From an uncultured Acidobacteriota bacterium (GTDB taxonomy: Bacteria > Acidobacteriota > Vicinamibacteria > Vicinamibacterales > UBA2999): a stretch of DNA of 64,000 bases. Where the stretch lies: contig CAVYZF010000014.1 in NCBI GenBank assembly GCA_963772955.1, positions 41,490 through 105,489 of the forward strand, given 5' to 3'. A model generated the notes under the pieces. The model did no database searches, was not told the DNA's origin, and was given only the letters and a program-made list of their open reading frames with translations. A program made the translations under genes and the position numbers. Position 1 is the stretch's first letter; each line of letters opens with the position of its first letter. Of this stretch, positions 31,308 to 40,782 are shown one piece after another.

Positions 31308-32510
31308 ATGCACGTCCAGCCGGTCGCCAGCGAGCCGCATACCCACCAGCACTATTACCGGCTTGCGCTGATCCTCGGTGCGCTGACGGCGATCGGTCCG
31401 CTTGCGATCGACATGTACTTGCCGGCGCTGCCGACCATCGCGCGCGAGTTCGGAACGGCTGCGAGCGTCGTGCAGGGAAGCCTGGCCGCGTATTTCATCG
31501 GCATCGCGATCGGTCAGGCGTTCTATGGACCGCTCTCCGATCGATTCGGCCGCAAGCCGAGCCTGTATCTGGGGCTGGCCTTGTTCATGATCGCGTCGAT
31601 CGGTTGCGCGCGAGCAGAAAGCGTCGATGCGCTGATCGCCTTCAGGTTCCTGCAAGCGCTCGGTGGCTGTGCGCCCATCGTGATCCCGCGTGCCGTAGTC
31701 CGCGATCACTTCGATCAGTCGGGCTCTGTGCGCATGCTCTCGATGCTGATGCTGGTGATGGGGCTGGGGCCGATTCTGGCTCCCCTCATTGGCGGCCAGT
31801 TGCTCGTCTATTTCGGGTGGCGGGCGGTCTTCTGGCTCTTGACGGCATACGCGGCAACCTGGCTCACGGTCGTGGCGATCTTTCTCCCGGAGAGCCTGCC
31901 CCCGGCTCGTCGCCTGCGACAGCCGATCAGCGACGTGCTCGCGGTCTATTGGCGTCTCGCTCGAGATCGAACGTTCATGGGGCACGCGCTGTCTGGCGCG
32001 CTCATCTTCTCCGGCCTGCTTGCCTACATCTCCGGTTCGCCGGTTGTCTTCATCGAGTTGTTCCACGTCCCTCCCGAACGCTTCGGGGTGTACTTCGGCA
32101 TCAACGCCTGCGGGATCATTGCGGCCTCACAGACCAACCGCTGGCTCGTGGGTCGAGTCGAAACGCAGCGAATCGTCAGGGCCGCGCTGGTCGTCGCGAT
32201 GACGGCGGGACTGTTCCTCGTCGTCGACGCATACAGCGGCTTCGGAGGCTTCGCGGGTATCCTCATTCCGCTTTTCTGTTACATCGCGTGCCACGGCTTC
32301 GTTCTTCCGAATACGACGGCTCTCGCGATGGCATCGCACGGGCGCGTGGCGGGGAGTGCGTCGGCGCTCCTCGGGACGTTTCAATTCGTTGGTGGCGCGA
32401 TCGCAGGCAGTTTGATTGGCGCGTTTGCCAATGGCACGCCTGTCCCCATGGCAGTAGTGATCGCCGGTTGTGGCGCGTCGGCGTTTCTCGCGAACCGGCT
32501 TGTCTCGTAG
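31308..32510 (+). CDS. Bcr/CflA family MFS efflux transporter
   Basis: GPLAIDMYLPALPTIAREF, YGPLSDRFGRKP. ATG 31308 follows the moaC stop. Confidence 0.85.
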   Translation: MHVQPVASEPHTHQHYYRLALILGALTAIGPLAIDMYLPALPTIAREFGTAASVVQGSLAAYFIGIAIGQAFYGPLSDRFGRKPSLYLGLALFMIASIGCARAESVDALIAFRFLQALGGCAPIVIPRAVVRDHFDQSGSVRMLSMLMLVMGLGPILAPLIGGQLLVYFGWRAVFWLLTAYAATWLTVVAIFLPESLPPARRLRQPISDVLAVYWRLARDRTFMGHALSGALIFSGLLAYISGSPVVFIELFHVPPERFGVYFGINACGIIAASQTNRWLVGRVETQRIVRAALVVAMTAGLFLVVDAYSGFGGFAGILIPLFCYIACHGFVLPNTTALAMASHGRVAGSASALLGTFQFVGGAIAGSLIGAFANGTPVPMAVVIAGCGASAFLANRLVS

Positions 32511-32532
32511 AGGCGCGTCTTCAGACGCGCCG
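32503..32532. terminator. Conserved hairpin element overlapping the stop codon (copy 1 of 3)
   Basis: gtctcgTAGaggcgcgtc-ttca-gacgcgcc gives an 8-bp GC stem (32513-32520 / 32525-32532) between convergent genes. No U-run. Confidence 0.55.
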
Positions 32533-32549
32533 CTACAATGCAAGGTCGA

Positions 32550-33476
32550 TCAGACGGTCTGCAAATACGCGATCAGCAACGTCACCGTCAGCGGGCTCAG
32601 CAGCGTCGAGACGAAGACGACGCTGGTCACGAAGTCGGGAACAGCATCGAACTCGACGGCGAGTATCGTCGTGATGACCGCGGTCGGCATCGAGGCCTGC
32701 AGCACGCCAGCCCTGAAAGCGGCGCTCTCGAGACCAACGACCTGCGCGATGCCCATTGCGACAAGCGGCGTGAGCACGAGTGACACGAGCACTGCCACTG
32801 CGACCACGCCGGGACGCTCAGGTCGCGACGCTCGCTCGAGTTGCATTCCGAGCACCAGGATCATCATCGGGACAGCGGCGTCGCTCAGCAGCGTGATCGG
32901 CGCCGCGATTGCGTCCGGCCAACGTATACCGAAGGTCAATGTCAACGCGGCAGCCATCGCCCCGTAGAAGGCTGGGACACGCGCGATGCCGACCAGCGCG
33001 TCGCGAAAGCTTCGTCGTCCGCTCGCTGCCAGCAGGACTCCTCCGGTGTAAGTGAAGATCGAGCTCGCCACGAAGTAGACGCTGGCGAACGTGAGCGCCT
33101 CGCGCCCGAAGGCGAGGAGCGCCACGGGCAGCCCGTAGTTCCCCGAGTTTGAGCAGACGATGACCAGCATGAACGCGCTGAGCGCGCGACGATCGAGTCG
33201 CAGAGGTATCGCGGCGAGCCGCGCCATGATCGCGGCCGACGACGCCACGAGAAGGTAGAACAGCGTCATGCGGGCGACCTGGCCGCTCTCCGCCGTCGAG
33301 TTCGCCAGCGTGTTGAAGACGAGCGCCGGTGCAAGCGCGTGAAACGTCAAGCGCGAAACGGTTTGGACCTGGACGCCGGCGAAGCGCGCCAGAAGAAACC
33401 CCACACCGGCGATCGCGAAGACCGGGAGGAGATCGGACACGAATATCGAGATGAGGAGCTGCGCGCCGCCAATCAC
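32550..33476 (-). CDS. AEC (auxin efflux carrier) family transporter
   Basis: 308 aa, about 10 TM. N-terminus LLISIFVSDLLPVFAIAGVGFLLARF is typical of the membrane transport protein family. Confidence 0.8.
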   Translation of the reverse strand: MIGGAQLLISIFVSDLLPVFAIAGVGFLLARFAGVQVQTVSRLTFHALAPALVFNTLANSTAESGQVARMTLFYLLVASSAAIMARLAAIPLRLDRRALSAFMLVIVCSNSGNYGLPVALLAFGREALTFASVYFVASSIFTYTGGVLLAASGRRSFRDALVGIARVPAFYGAMAAALTLTFGIRWPDAIAAPITLLSDAAVPMMILVLGMQLERASRPERPGVVAVAVLVSLVLTPLVAMGIAQVVGLESAAFRAGVLQASMPTAVITTILAVEFDAVPDFVTSVVFVSTLLSPLTVTLLIAYLQTV

Positions 33477-33564
33477 GTCAGGACAGAATCATATGCGGTG
33501 ACTGGTATACTTCCGCACTCCCGGCGGTCAGCGCCATGGCCCACGCCACAGAGGAACAGACCTG

Positions 33565-34926
33565 ATGAAGACGGTTGATGTCGGCGCAACGATCGATCAA
33601 GGTCAGTGGACGGGGTATCAGAAGCTTCTGATCCTCGGGACCGCGCTCACAATCATTCTCGACGGCGTAGACAATCAGCTGCTTCCCAATGCCGTGCCGT
33701 TCATCGCGCCCGAATGGGGCGTGCAGAACAGTGCGTTCAGGAACGCACTCGCCACCGGGCCCTTCGGCATGATGATCGGCGGCCTCATGGGCGGCATCCT
33801 TGGCGATCGCTACGGCCGGAGAACAGCGCTGCTCGGTAGCGTGATGGCATTCGCGGTCCTGACGCTCGCGATCGCGTTCGTGGACTCCGTTTTCATGCTC
33901 GGTCTGCTGCGATTCGTCGCCGGCATCGGCCTCGGTGGCGCGATGCCCAACGCCGCCGCGCTCGCGTCCGAGTACGTTCCGCGTCATCGACGTCCGTTCG
34001 CCGTGACGCTGACCATCGTCTGCATTCCTCTCGGCGGCTTTGTGGCCAGCACGATGGCCGGCATCATCGCGCCTGCCTACGGCTGGCGCGCGCTCTTCAT
34101 CGTCGGTGGCCTCGTCCCCGTCGTCCTGGCCTTTGTGCTGTGGAAGGCCCTGCCTGAATCACCTCGATATCTGGCCAGCCGCCGCGATCGCTGGCAGGAA
34201 CTCACGCACGTCATGCGCCGGATGGGGCATGACCTGCCTGCGGATGTGACGTATGTCGAAGGCACGGTCGCCGGAGTTCCAGCGAAGAAAGCCACGATCG
34301 GTGATCTGTTCGCGCCGATGTTCCGGCGCGACACGGTTGGCCTGTTCGCGTCGTTCTTCTTCTGCCTGATGGTCAACTACGTGGCAATTCAACTCGTGCC
34401 GTCGATGTTGCGCGACAACGGCAAGTTCACGCCGGCGGCGGCAGCGGGTGGTCTGCAGTGGGTGAACATCGGTGGCGTCATCGGCGCGATTGCCGGAGCA
34501 CTGGTCATTCAGCGTGTCGGGTCGCGTGTGACGATGCTGGGCATGTCGGCGGCAGCCGTTGTCTGCTCGATGATCATGGCGGGGATGCGGCTGGATCCGA
34601 CCGACACCTTCGCGCTGATGGCGATGTTCCTCATCACGGGAGGCTTGCTCAACGCCGTGCAAACCACGATGTACGCACTCGCCGCGCACGTCTACCCAAC
34701 GGAGATTCGAAGCACCGGGGTCGGGACCGCAGTGGCGTTTGGTCGAATCGGGAACGCACTCGCCGTCTATGTTGGCGGGTTTGCGCTCGATCGAGGCGGG
34801 TCGCCCGGTTACTTCACGTGCTGGGCCATCCTGATGGGGGTCGTGTTTCTGTCGCTTGCGGTCGTGAAACGCCACGTACCACGAACCGCGGGGGGGCCAG
34901 TCGGCGCGCCGGCAGGAGCCCACTGA
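33565..34926 (+). CDS. MFS transporter, aromatic acid:H+ symporter-like
   Basis: 453 aa. LDGVDNQLL and GILGDRYGRR motifs recall PcaK/MhpT-type transporters. Confidence 0.75.
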   Translation: MKTVDVGATIDQGQWTGYQKLLILGTALTIILDGVDNQLLPNAVPFIAPEWGVQNSAFRNALATGPFGMMIGGLMGGILGDRYGRRTALLGSVMAFAVLTLAIAFVDSVFMLGLLRFVAGIGLGGAMPNAAALASEYVPRHRRPFAVTLTIVCIPLGGFVASTMAGIIAPAYGWRALFIVGGLVPVVLAFVLWKALPESPRYLASRRDRWQELTHVMRRMGHDLPADVTYVEGTVAGVPAKKATIGDLFAPMFRRDTVGLFASFFFCLMVNYVAIQLVPSMLRDNGKFTPAAAAGGLQWVNIGGVIGAIAGALVIQRVGSRVTMLGMSAAAVVCSMIMAGMRLDPTDTFALMAMFLITGGLLNAVQTTMYALAAHVYPTEIRSTGVGTAVAFGRIGNALAVYVGGFALDRGGSPGYFTCWAILMGVVFLSLAVVKRHVPRTAGGPVGAPAGAH

Positions 34927-34999
34927 CATTGCAGGCCGCTTGGCGGCCAACCCGTGGGCCGGACATAATAAAAGGCTTGGCACCGAGCCGGTGCAGTGA

Positions 35000-36401
<1,402 letters not shown>

Positions 36402-36410
36402 GAGACTTGA

Positions 36411-36468
36411 AGTAGGCAGTATGCGGTAGGCGGCACGCGCCTACTGCATACCGTCTACTGCCTACTGC
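36411..36468. repeat. Heptad palindrome (AGTAGGC / GCCTACT units); bidirectional terminator-like hairpin
   Basis: 36411-36433 pairs with 36438-36459 (about 24 bp with a few mismatches or G-U pairs, 5-nt loop). The extra unit gcctactgc overlaps the stop of the minus-strand CDF gene. Confidence 0.7.
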
Positions 36469-37345
36469 TCGGTGGTGGCTCAATATGAATGACGACGTCC
36501 ACGAGCTGCGGGAACCTCGTCATCAGCCGATCCTTTACCACGTGCGACGTCGCGTGCGCTTGGTCGAGCGGCATGCTTCCGTTCAGCCACAGATGCAGAT
36601 CGAGAAACGCGTAGTCGGCTGAGCCGCGCGTTCGAATCTTCTCGCAGCCGAGCACTTCGGGCACCTCCTGCACCACCTCGCGCACCTGCGTCTCCGGTAT
36701 CACGATCTCGTCCGCCAGAACGCGCGACGCCTCCTGCGCGATGCCCCAGCAGGCATGACCGATGAAGCCTGCGACGAGCACGGCGGCCATCGGGTCGAGC
36801 AGGGGATAGCCCCACCAGACGCCGAACAGCGCACCGAGCACGGCTCCTGTGGTCAGCACATCGCTTCGCGTGTGCTTGGCGTCGGCGCGCAGGACTTCGC
36901 TCTTCAGCCGTCGTCCCTCGCGCATCTCGTATGCGACCACCCAGAGATTCACGACGAGGGTCACAGCCATGAGGCCGATGCCCTCCGGAAAGACGCGCGG
37001 CGTGCCGCCGTTGACGAATCGATCGGCGGCAGCCGTCAGCACTTCCACCAGGACGACGACGAGGAAGACGAGGATGCCGAGCGAGGCCATCGTCTCGTAC
37101 TTGCGATGGCCGTATGGATGCTGCGCGTCCGGTGGTTGTCGTGCGACGGAGACGCCGAACAGCGCCACAACGTTAGACGCCGAGTCAGTGAGTGAATGGA
37201 AGCCGTCCGAGACGATGGAGACGGCCCCGGTGTAGTACCCGAGGAGGATCTTCGCCAGCGCGACGACGAGATTCAGGAGTAGAACGCGATAGAGGACCTT
37301 GTTGATTTCAGCGTATCTGTCGGTCACGGGTAATTCAAAATTCAA
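36455..37345 (-). CDS. Cation diffusion facilitator (CDF) transporter
   Basis: SDGFHSLTDSASN and HTRSDVLTT motifs. Start is TTG 37345 (inside the repeat) or GTG 37327. Confidence 0.85.
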   Translation of the reverse strand: MNFELPVTDRYAEINKVLYRVLLLNLVVALAKILLGYYTGAVSIVSDGFHSLTDSASNVVALFGVSVARQPPDAQHPYGHRKYETMASLGILVFLVVVLVEVLTAAADRFVNGGTPRVFPEGIGLMAVTLVVNLWVVAYEMREGRRLKSEVLRADAKHTRSDVLTTGAVLGALFGVWWGYPLLDPMAAVLVAGFIGHACWGIAQEASRVLADEIVIPETQVREVVQEVPEVLGCEKIRTRGSADYAFLDLHLWLNGSMPLDQAHATSHVVKDRLMTRFPQLVDVVIHIEPPPSSRQ

Positions 37346-37402
37346 AATGCAAAATGCAAACGGCCAGAGCCCGTTTGCATTTTGAATCTTGCCGTTTGCA
37401 TT
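37332..37402 (-). terminator. AT-rich heptad palindrome (ATKCAAA x4 / complement) downstream of lepB
   Basis: Perfect 14-bp stem caaaatgcaaacgg (37350-37363) / ccgtttgcattttg (37371-37384) with loop ccagagc. Flanking heptads extend the pairing. U-rich 3' side on the minus-strand RNA. Confidence 0.75.
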
Positions 37403-37420
37403 ACACGGCGCGAGTGAGCG

Positions 37421-37933
37421 TCAGAAAACTCGCGCGTTTGGTATCGGCCACCAGCGCAGCTGGACGCGGCCGATGATGTACTTCTTGGGCACCATGCCCC
37501 AGTGCCGGCTGTCGGAGCTGTTGTTGCGATGGTCGCCCATCACGAAGTAGTACCCGTCGTCGATCCGCTTGGGGCCGAAGTCGTCGTGGCTGCGATACTC
37601 GGGTGGCACGAAGTCGTCCGGCAACGGCACGTCGTTCACATACACGCGACCATCGACGATGCGGACTTCATCCCCCTCTTCTGCGATGACCCGTTTGACG
37701 AATGATTTGTCCGGATTGAGCGGGTAATAGAGCATCACGATATCGCCTCGTCGCGGCGCGCCTACGCGATAGGCGAACTTGTTGACGATGAGACGGTCTT
37801 GATCGGCGAGCGTGGGCGCCATGCTCTGGCCTTCCACGCGCGCGACCTGGAATCCGAACGTGACGATCAGGGTCGCGTAAACGGCAGCTGAGAAGAGAGT
37901 CTTGAACCACGCGACGAGCTCGTCCTTCCACAC
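37421..37933 (-). CDS. lepB: Signal peptidase I
   Basis: GQSMAPTL, GDIVMLYYP, VKRVIAEEGD, GDHRNNSSDSRHWG. ORF-track start 38140 (TTG) would overlap the upstream gene by 105 nt, so GTG 37931-37933 (MWKDELVAWFKTLF) is preferred. Confidence 0.85.
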   Translation of the reverse strand: MWKDELVAWFKTLFSAAVYATLIVTFGFQVARVEGQSMAPTLADQDRLIVNKFAYRVGAPRRGDIVMLYYPLNPDKSFVKRVIAEEGDEVRIVDGRVYVNDVPLPDDFVPPEYRSHDDFGPKRIDDGYYFVMGDHRNNSSDSRHWGMVPKKYIIGRVQLRWWPIPNARVF

Positions 37934-38034
37934 GCTGAGGCGCAGGGAAAGCGCATCAGCAGGCGGATCTTCGACCTCGAGGTGGAGGGCGGCGACGGCG
38001 GTCTGTGGATCGATGCCGGGCTCAATCGGTACGA

Positions 38035-38820
38035 CTACAGCTTCAGATACTCCCGGAGTCGCTTGGTCTGCGTGCGGCTCACTGGTATCTCCGTGCCCTT
38101 CGTATCTTTCATCCGAAGGATATAGTTCCTGCTGAACCAAGGGACGATCTCCTTGATTTTGTTGATGTTCACCAGATGCGACCTGTGGACGCGCCAGAAG
38201 ATATCCGGATCCAGCCGCGCCTGCAGGTCGTCCAGGGTCCGGTAGTTGGAGGTTCCCGCTACTTGCCCTGTAACTATGTTAATCGAGTCGTCCGCCAGCG
38301 AGGCATAGATGATTTCCTCAGACTGCACGAGCATGAAGCGCTCGCCGACCCGAATAGCCACCTGATCTCTCCGGATCTGGCGTCCGGCCATCATTTTGAC
38401 GATCTTCTCGAGCTGGTCGTTCACTGGGAGGGGGCCGGCCGGCGTCTGCCGCTCGGCTTCGACCCGCCGGCGGGCGCGCTGAAGGGCCTGTTCGAGCCGT
38501 CCTGATTCGACAGGCTTGAGCAGGTAATCCACGGCGTTGACCTCAAATGCCTCGATTGCGTGCTGGTCGAACGCGGTGACGAAGACCAGTGCCGGCGGCT
38601 CGTCGCCCTTCTCGAGCAGTCGGCGCGCCACCTCGAATCCCCCCAGGCCGGGCATCTGGATGTCCAGGAACACGAGGTCGGGCTCGTGCCTTTCAACGGC
38701 GGCCAGCGCCTCCAGGCCATCTGCCGCCTGCCCGACAATCTCGATATCGCCCAGCTGGTCGAGCTGATAGCACAGTTCCTCTCGCGCCAGCTGCTCGTCG
38801 TCTACGACAAGAACTCTCAT
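38035..38820 (-). CDS. LytR/AlgR family response regulator (REC + LytTR)
   Basis: VLVVDDE, DLVFLDIQMPG. C-terminal LytTR domain (FWRVHRSHLVNINKI). Confidence 0.85.
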   Translation of the reverse strand: MRVLVVDDEQLAREELCYQLDQLGDIEIVGQAADGLEALAAVERHEPDLVFLDIQMPGLGGFEVARRLLEKGDEPPALVFVTAFDQHAIEAFEVNAVDYLLKPVESGRLEQALQRARRRVEAERQTPAGPLPVNDQLEKIVKMMAGRQIRRDQVAIRVGERFMLVQSEEIIYASLADDSINIVTGQVAGTSNYRTLDDLQARLDPDIFWRVHRSHLVNINKIKEIVPWFSRNYILRMKDTKGTEIPVSRTQTKRLREYLKL

Positions 38821-38831
38821 GCGTCTCCGGT

Positions 38832-38877
38832 GGGGTCAGACCCTTCACGTGTTTGCACATGTGAAGGGTCTGACCCC
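38832..38877 (-). other. Intercistronic 17-bp perfect hairpin between the kinase and the regulator
   Basis: ggggtcagacccttcac (38832-38848) pairs with gtgaagggtctgacccc (38861-38877), 12-nt loop. Confidence 0.6.
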
Positions 38878-38880
38878 AAC

Positions 38881-40203
38881 TCATGCCGTGATCTGATGAA
38901 CGGCTGTCAGTTCAGGAACCTCGATGCGCGCGCTGGTGCCGTGGCCAGGTTCGCTTGTGAGTTGGAGTTGGTATTGATCGCCGTAGATCACCGCGAGGCG
39001 TTCCCGCACATTGGCCAATCCGATGCCGCTCGACATCGGCTGATTCAACCGGTCGAGCACGAATCCCATTCCGTCATCCTCGACCTCGATGATCGCCCGG
39101 CCGTTTTCGCGGCGGCTCCGAATCGTGATCGCGCCCGGGCCGACCTTTCTCGCGAAGCCGTGCTTGATCGAGTTCTCGACGAGCGGCTGCAGGATCATGC
39201 TCGGGACGATGATGTCGAGCGTATCGGGACCGATCTCTTTCCGGACGCGAAGCCTGGGCCCGAAGCGAATGACCTCGATATCGAGGTACTCGTCGATCGA
39301 CTCGAGTTCTTCACGCAACGTAACGAAGTGCTGGTGGCTGCGAAGCAACCGTCGCAGGAGAGCCGAGAGCTTGATGATCAGCGTGCGCGCCGTATCGGGC
39401 TGCGAGCGAATGAGCGAAGAGATCGACGTCAGTGTGTTGAAGAGGAAATGCGGGTTGATCTGACTCTTGAGCGCTTCGATTTTCGCTGCCAGCAGGAGCT
39501 GCGCCTGCTCCTGCAGTCGATGTTCGACGCGCGCGGAATTCCAGATCTTGATTGGTGTGGCGACTGCGACTACCGTCACGAGCACGACCACCAGCGTCAT
39601 CCATGGTGACGGCGAGCCGAGGTAGAAGAGCCGCTCGGCGCCGAAGCGGGTCCCCAATGCCTGACGCAGCAATTCGAGCGCGACGGTCGCCAACAGCAAG
39701 GCGAGTTGCCAGTTGGACTCGAAGTTTCGAACCATCTTCCACAGATGCTTCCGCAGATCGACGAAGACGAATGGCGTGAATTGCCAGATCGCTTCCTTCG
39801 GGCAGACTTCGCGCAATCCGCCACCGGCAAAGCCGCAACCGACGGCGAAGGGGAGGGCGATCCATTCGTTGGCAATGACGGCCGGTGTCGCGGCAAGCAG
39901 ACCGACGAGCGCGCCGGTGTAGGGACCGGCGAGAAGCCCGGCAAGGAAAGCCCCTTCGAGAGTGAGGTCAGCCGCGTCGTACTTCAGGATGACGCGGCTC
40001 GTAACGCCCGCCATGAGGGGGACACCGAGCGACAGTGTAAACACCAGGCGATCGACCCAGCCGCGTCGCTCGAAGATCAAGATGCGACGGAACCGGTGGA
40101 ATCGCGCGAGCATCGTCGCGAGCACCGCGATAGCCGCCAGCCGGACGAGCAGTGTCAGCAGGAACTGCTCGGGCGTGAGGATTCGAGGTTCCACCGAGGG
40201 CAT
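38881..40203 (-). CDS. LytS/YehU-type sensor histidine kinase
   Basis: N-terminal multi-TM domain, NPHFLFNTLTSISSLI, HATPase IEVEDDGMGF. ATG 40201-40203 (MPSVEPRIL) is preferred over 40278, which lies inside the repeat. Confidence 0.85.
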   Translation of the reverse strand: MPSVEPRILTPEQFLLTLLVRLAAIAVLATMLARFHRFRRILIFERRGWVDRLVFTLSLGVPLMAGVTSRVILKYDAADLTLEGAFLAGLLAGPYTGALVGLLAATPAVIANEWIALPFAVGCGFAGGGLREVCPKEAIWQFTPFVFVDLRKHLWKMVRNFESNWQLALLLATVALELLRQALGTRFGAERLFYLGSPSPWMTLVVVLVTVVAVATPIKIWNSARVEHRLQEQAQLLLAAKIEALKSQINPHFLFNTLTSISSLIRSQPDTARTLIIKLSALLRRLLRSHQHFVTLREELESIDEYLDIEVIRFGPRLRVRKEIGPDTLDIIVPSMILQPLVENSIKHGFARKVGPGAITIRSRRENGRAIIEVEDDGMGFVLDRLNQPMSSGIGLANVRERLAVIYGDQYQLQLTSEPGHGTSARIEVPELTAVHQITA

Positions 40204-40215
40204 TGTACAAATCCT

Positions 40216-40290
40216 GTCGACTTTGGGCTCTGGTCTCTGGGCTTTGGGTCCTGGCGGAAGCCATGAGCCGAGAGCCAAGAGCCCAGAGCC
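40216..40290. repeat. GGCTCTN-family heptad hairpin in the kinase/nuoI divergent region
   Basis: gtcgactttgggctctggtctctgggctttgggtcctggc - ggaa - gccatgagccgagagccaagagcccagagcc. Imperfect, 4-nt loop. Confidence 0.8.
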
Positions 40291-40305
40291 TGATAGAATT
40301 CAGGA

Positions 40306-40764
40306 ATGATCGGTCCGTTGATTAAGGGCTTTCTCCTCACCGCCCGGCACATGTTCCAGAAGCCGGTGACGGTCAACTATCCGTACCAGAAGGTCCCCGT
40401 ATTCCCGAAGTATCGCGGCAAGCAGGTCCTGATGAGGGACGAGAACGGCCTGGAGAAGTGCGTGGCATGTGGACTCTGTTCCGTCGCCTGCCCGGCCGAT
40501 GCCATCTACCTCGAGGCTGCCGAGAACGACGGGTCGGTGATGGCCGGGCCGCGTTACGCCAGCATCTACCAGATTCACAAGACCCGCTGCATCTTCTGCG
40601 GCATGTGCGAGGAAGCGTGCCCGGTGTCCGCCATCTTCATGGGCAAGGACTACGAGCTTGCGGTCTACAGCAAGGACGACTTTGTCTGGGACAAGGCCGA
40701 CCTTTTGGTCGCGCCGCCCGCGAATGCCAAGGCCCCCGCATCCGGTCTCCCGACTCCGGCCTGA
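40306..40764 (+). CDS. nuoI: NADH-quinone oxidoreductase subunit I (2x[4Fe-4S])
   Basis: KPVTVNYPYQK, CVACGLCSVACPADAI, CIFCGMCEEACPVSAI. Collinear with Nqo9/NuoI as I recall it. Confidence 0.85.
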   Translation: MIGPLIKGFLLTARHMFQKPVTVNYPYQKVPVFPKYRGKQVLMRDENGLEKCVACGLCSVACPADAIYLEAAENDGSVMAGPRYASIYQIHKTRCIFCGMCEEACPVSAIFMGKDYELAVYSKDDFVWDKADLLVAPPANAKAPASGLPTPA

Positions 40765-40782
40765 GGCCGGAGCTCGTACGAG

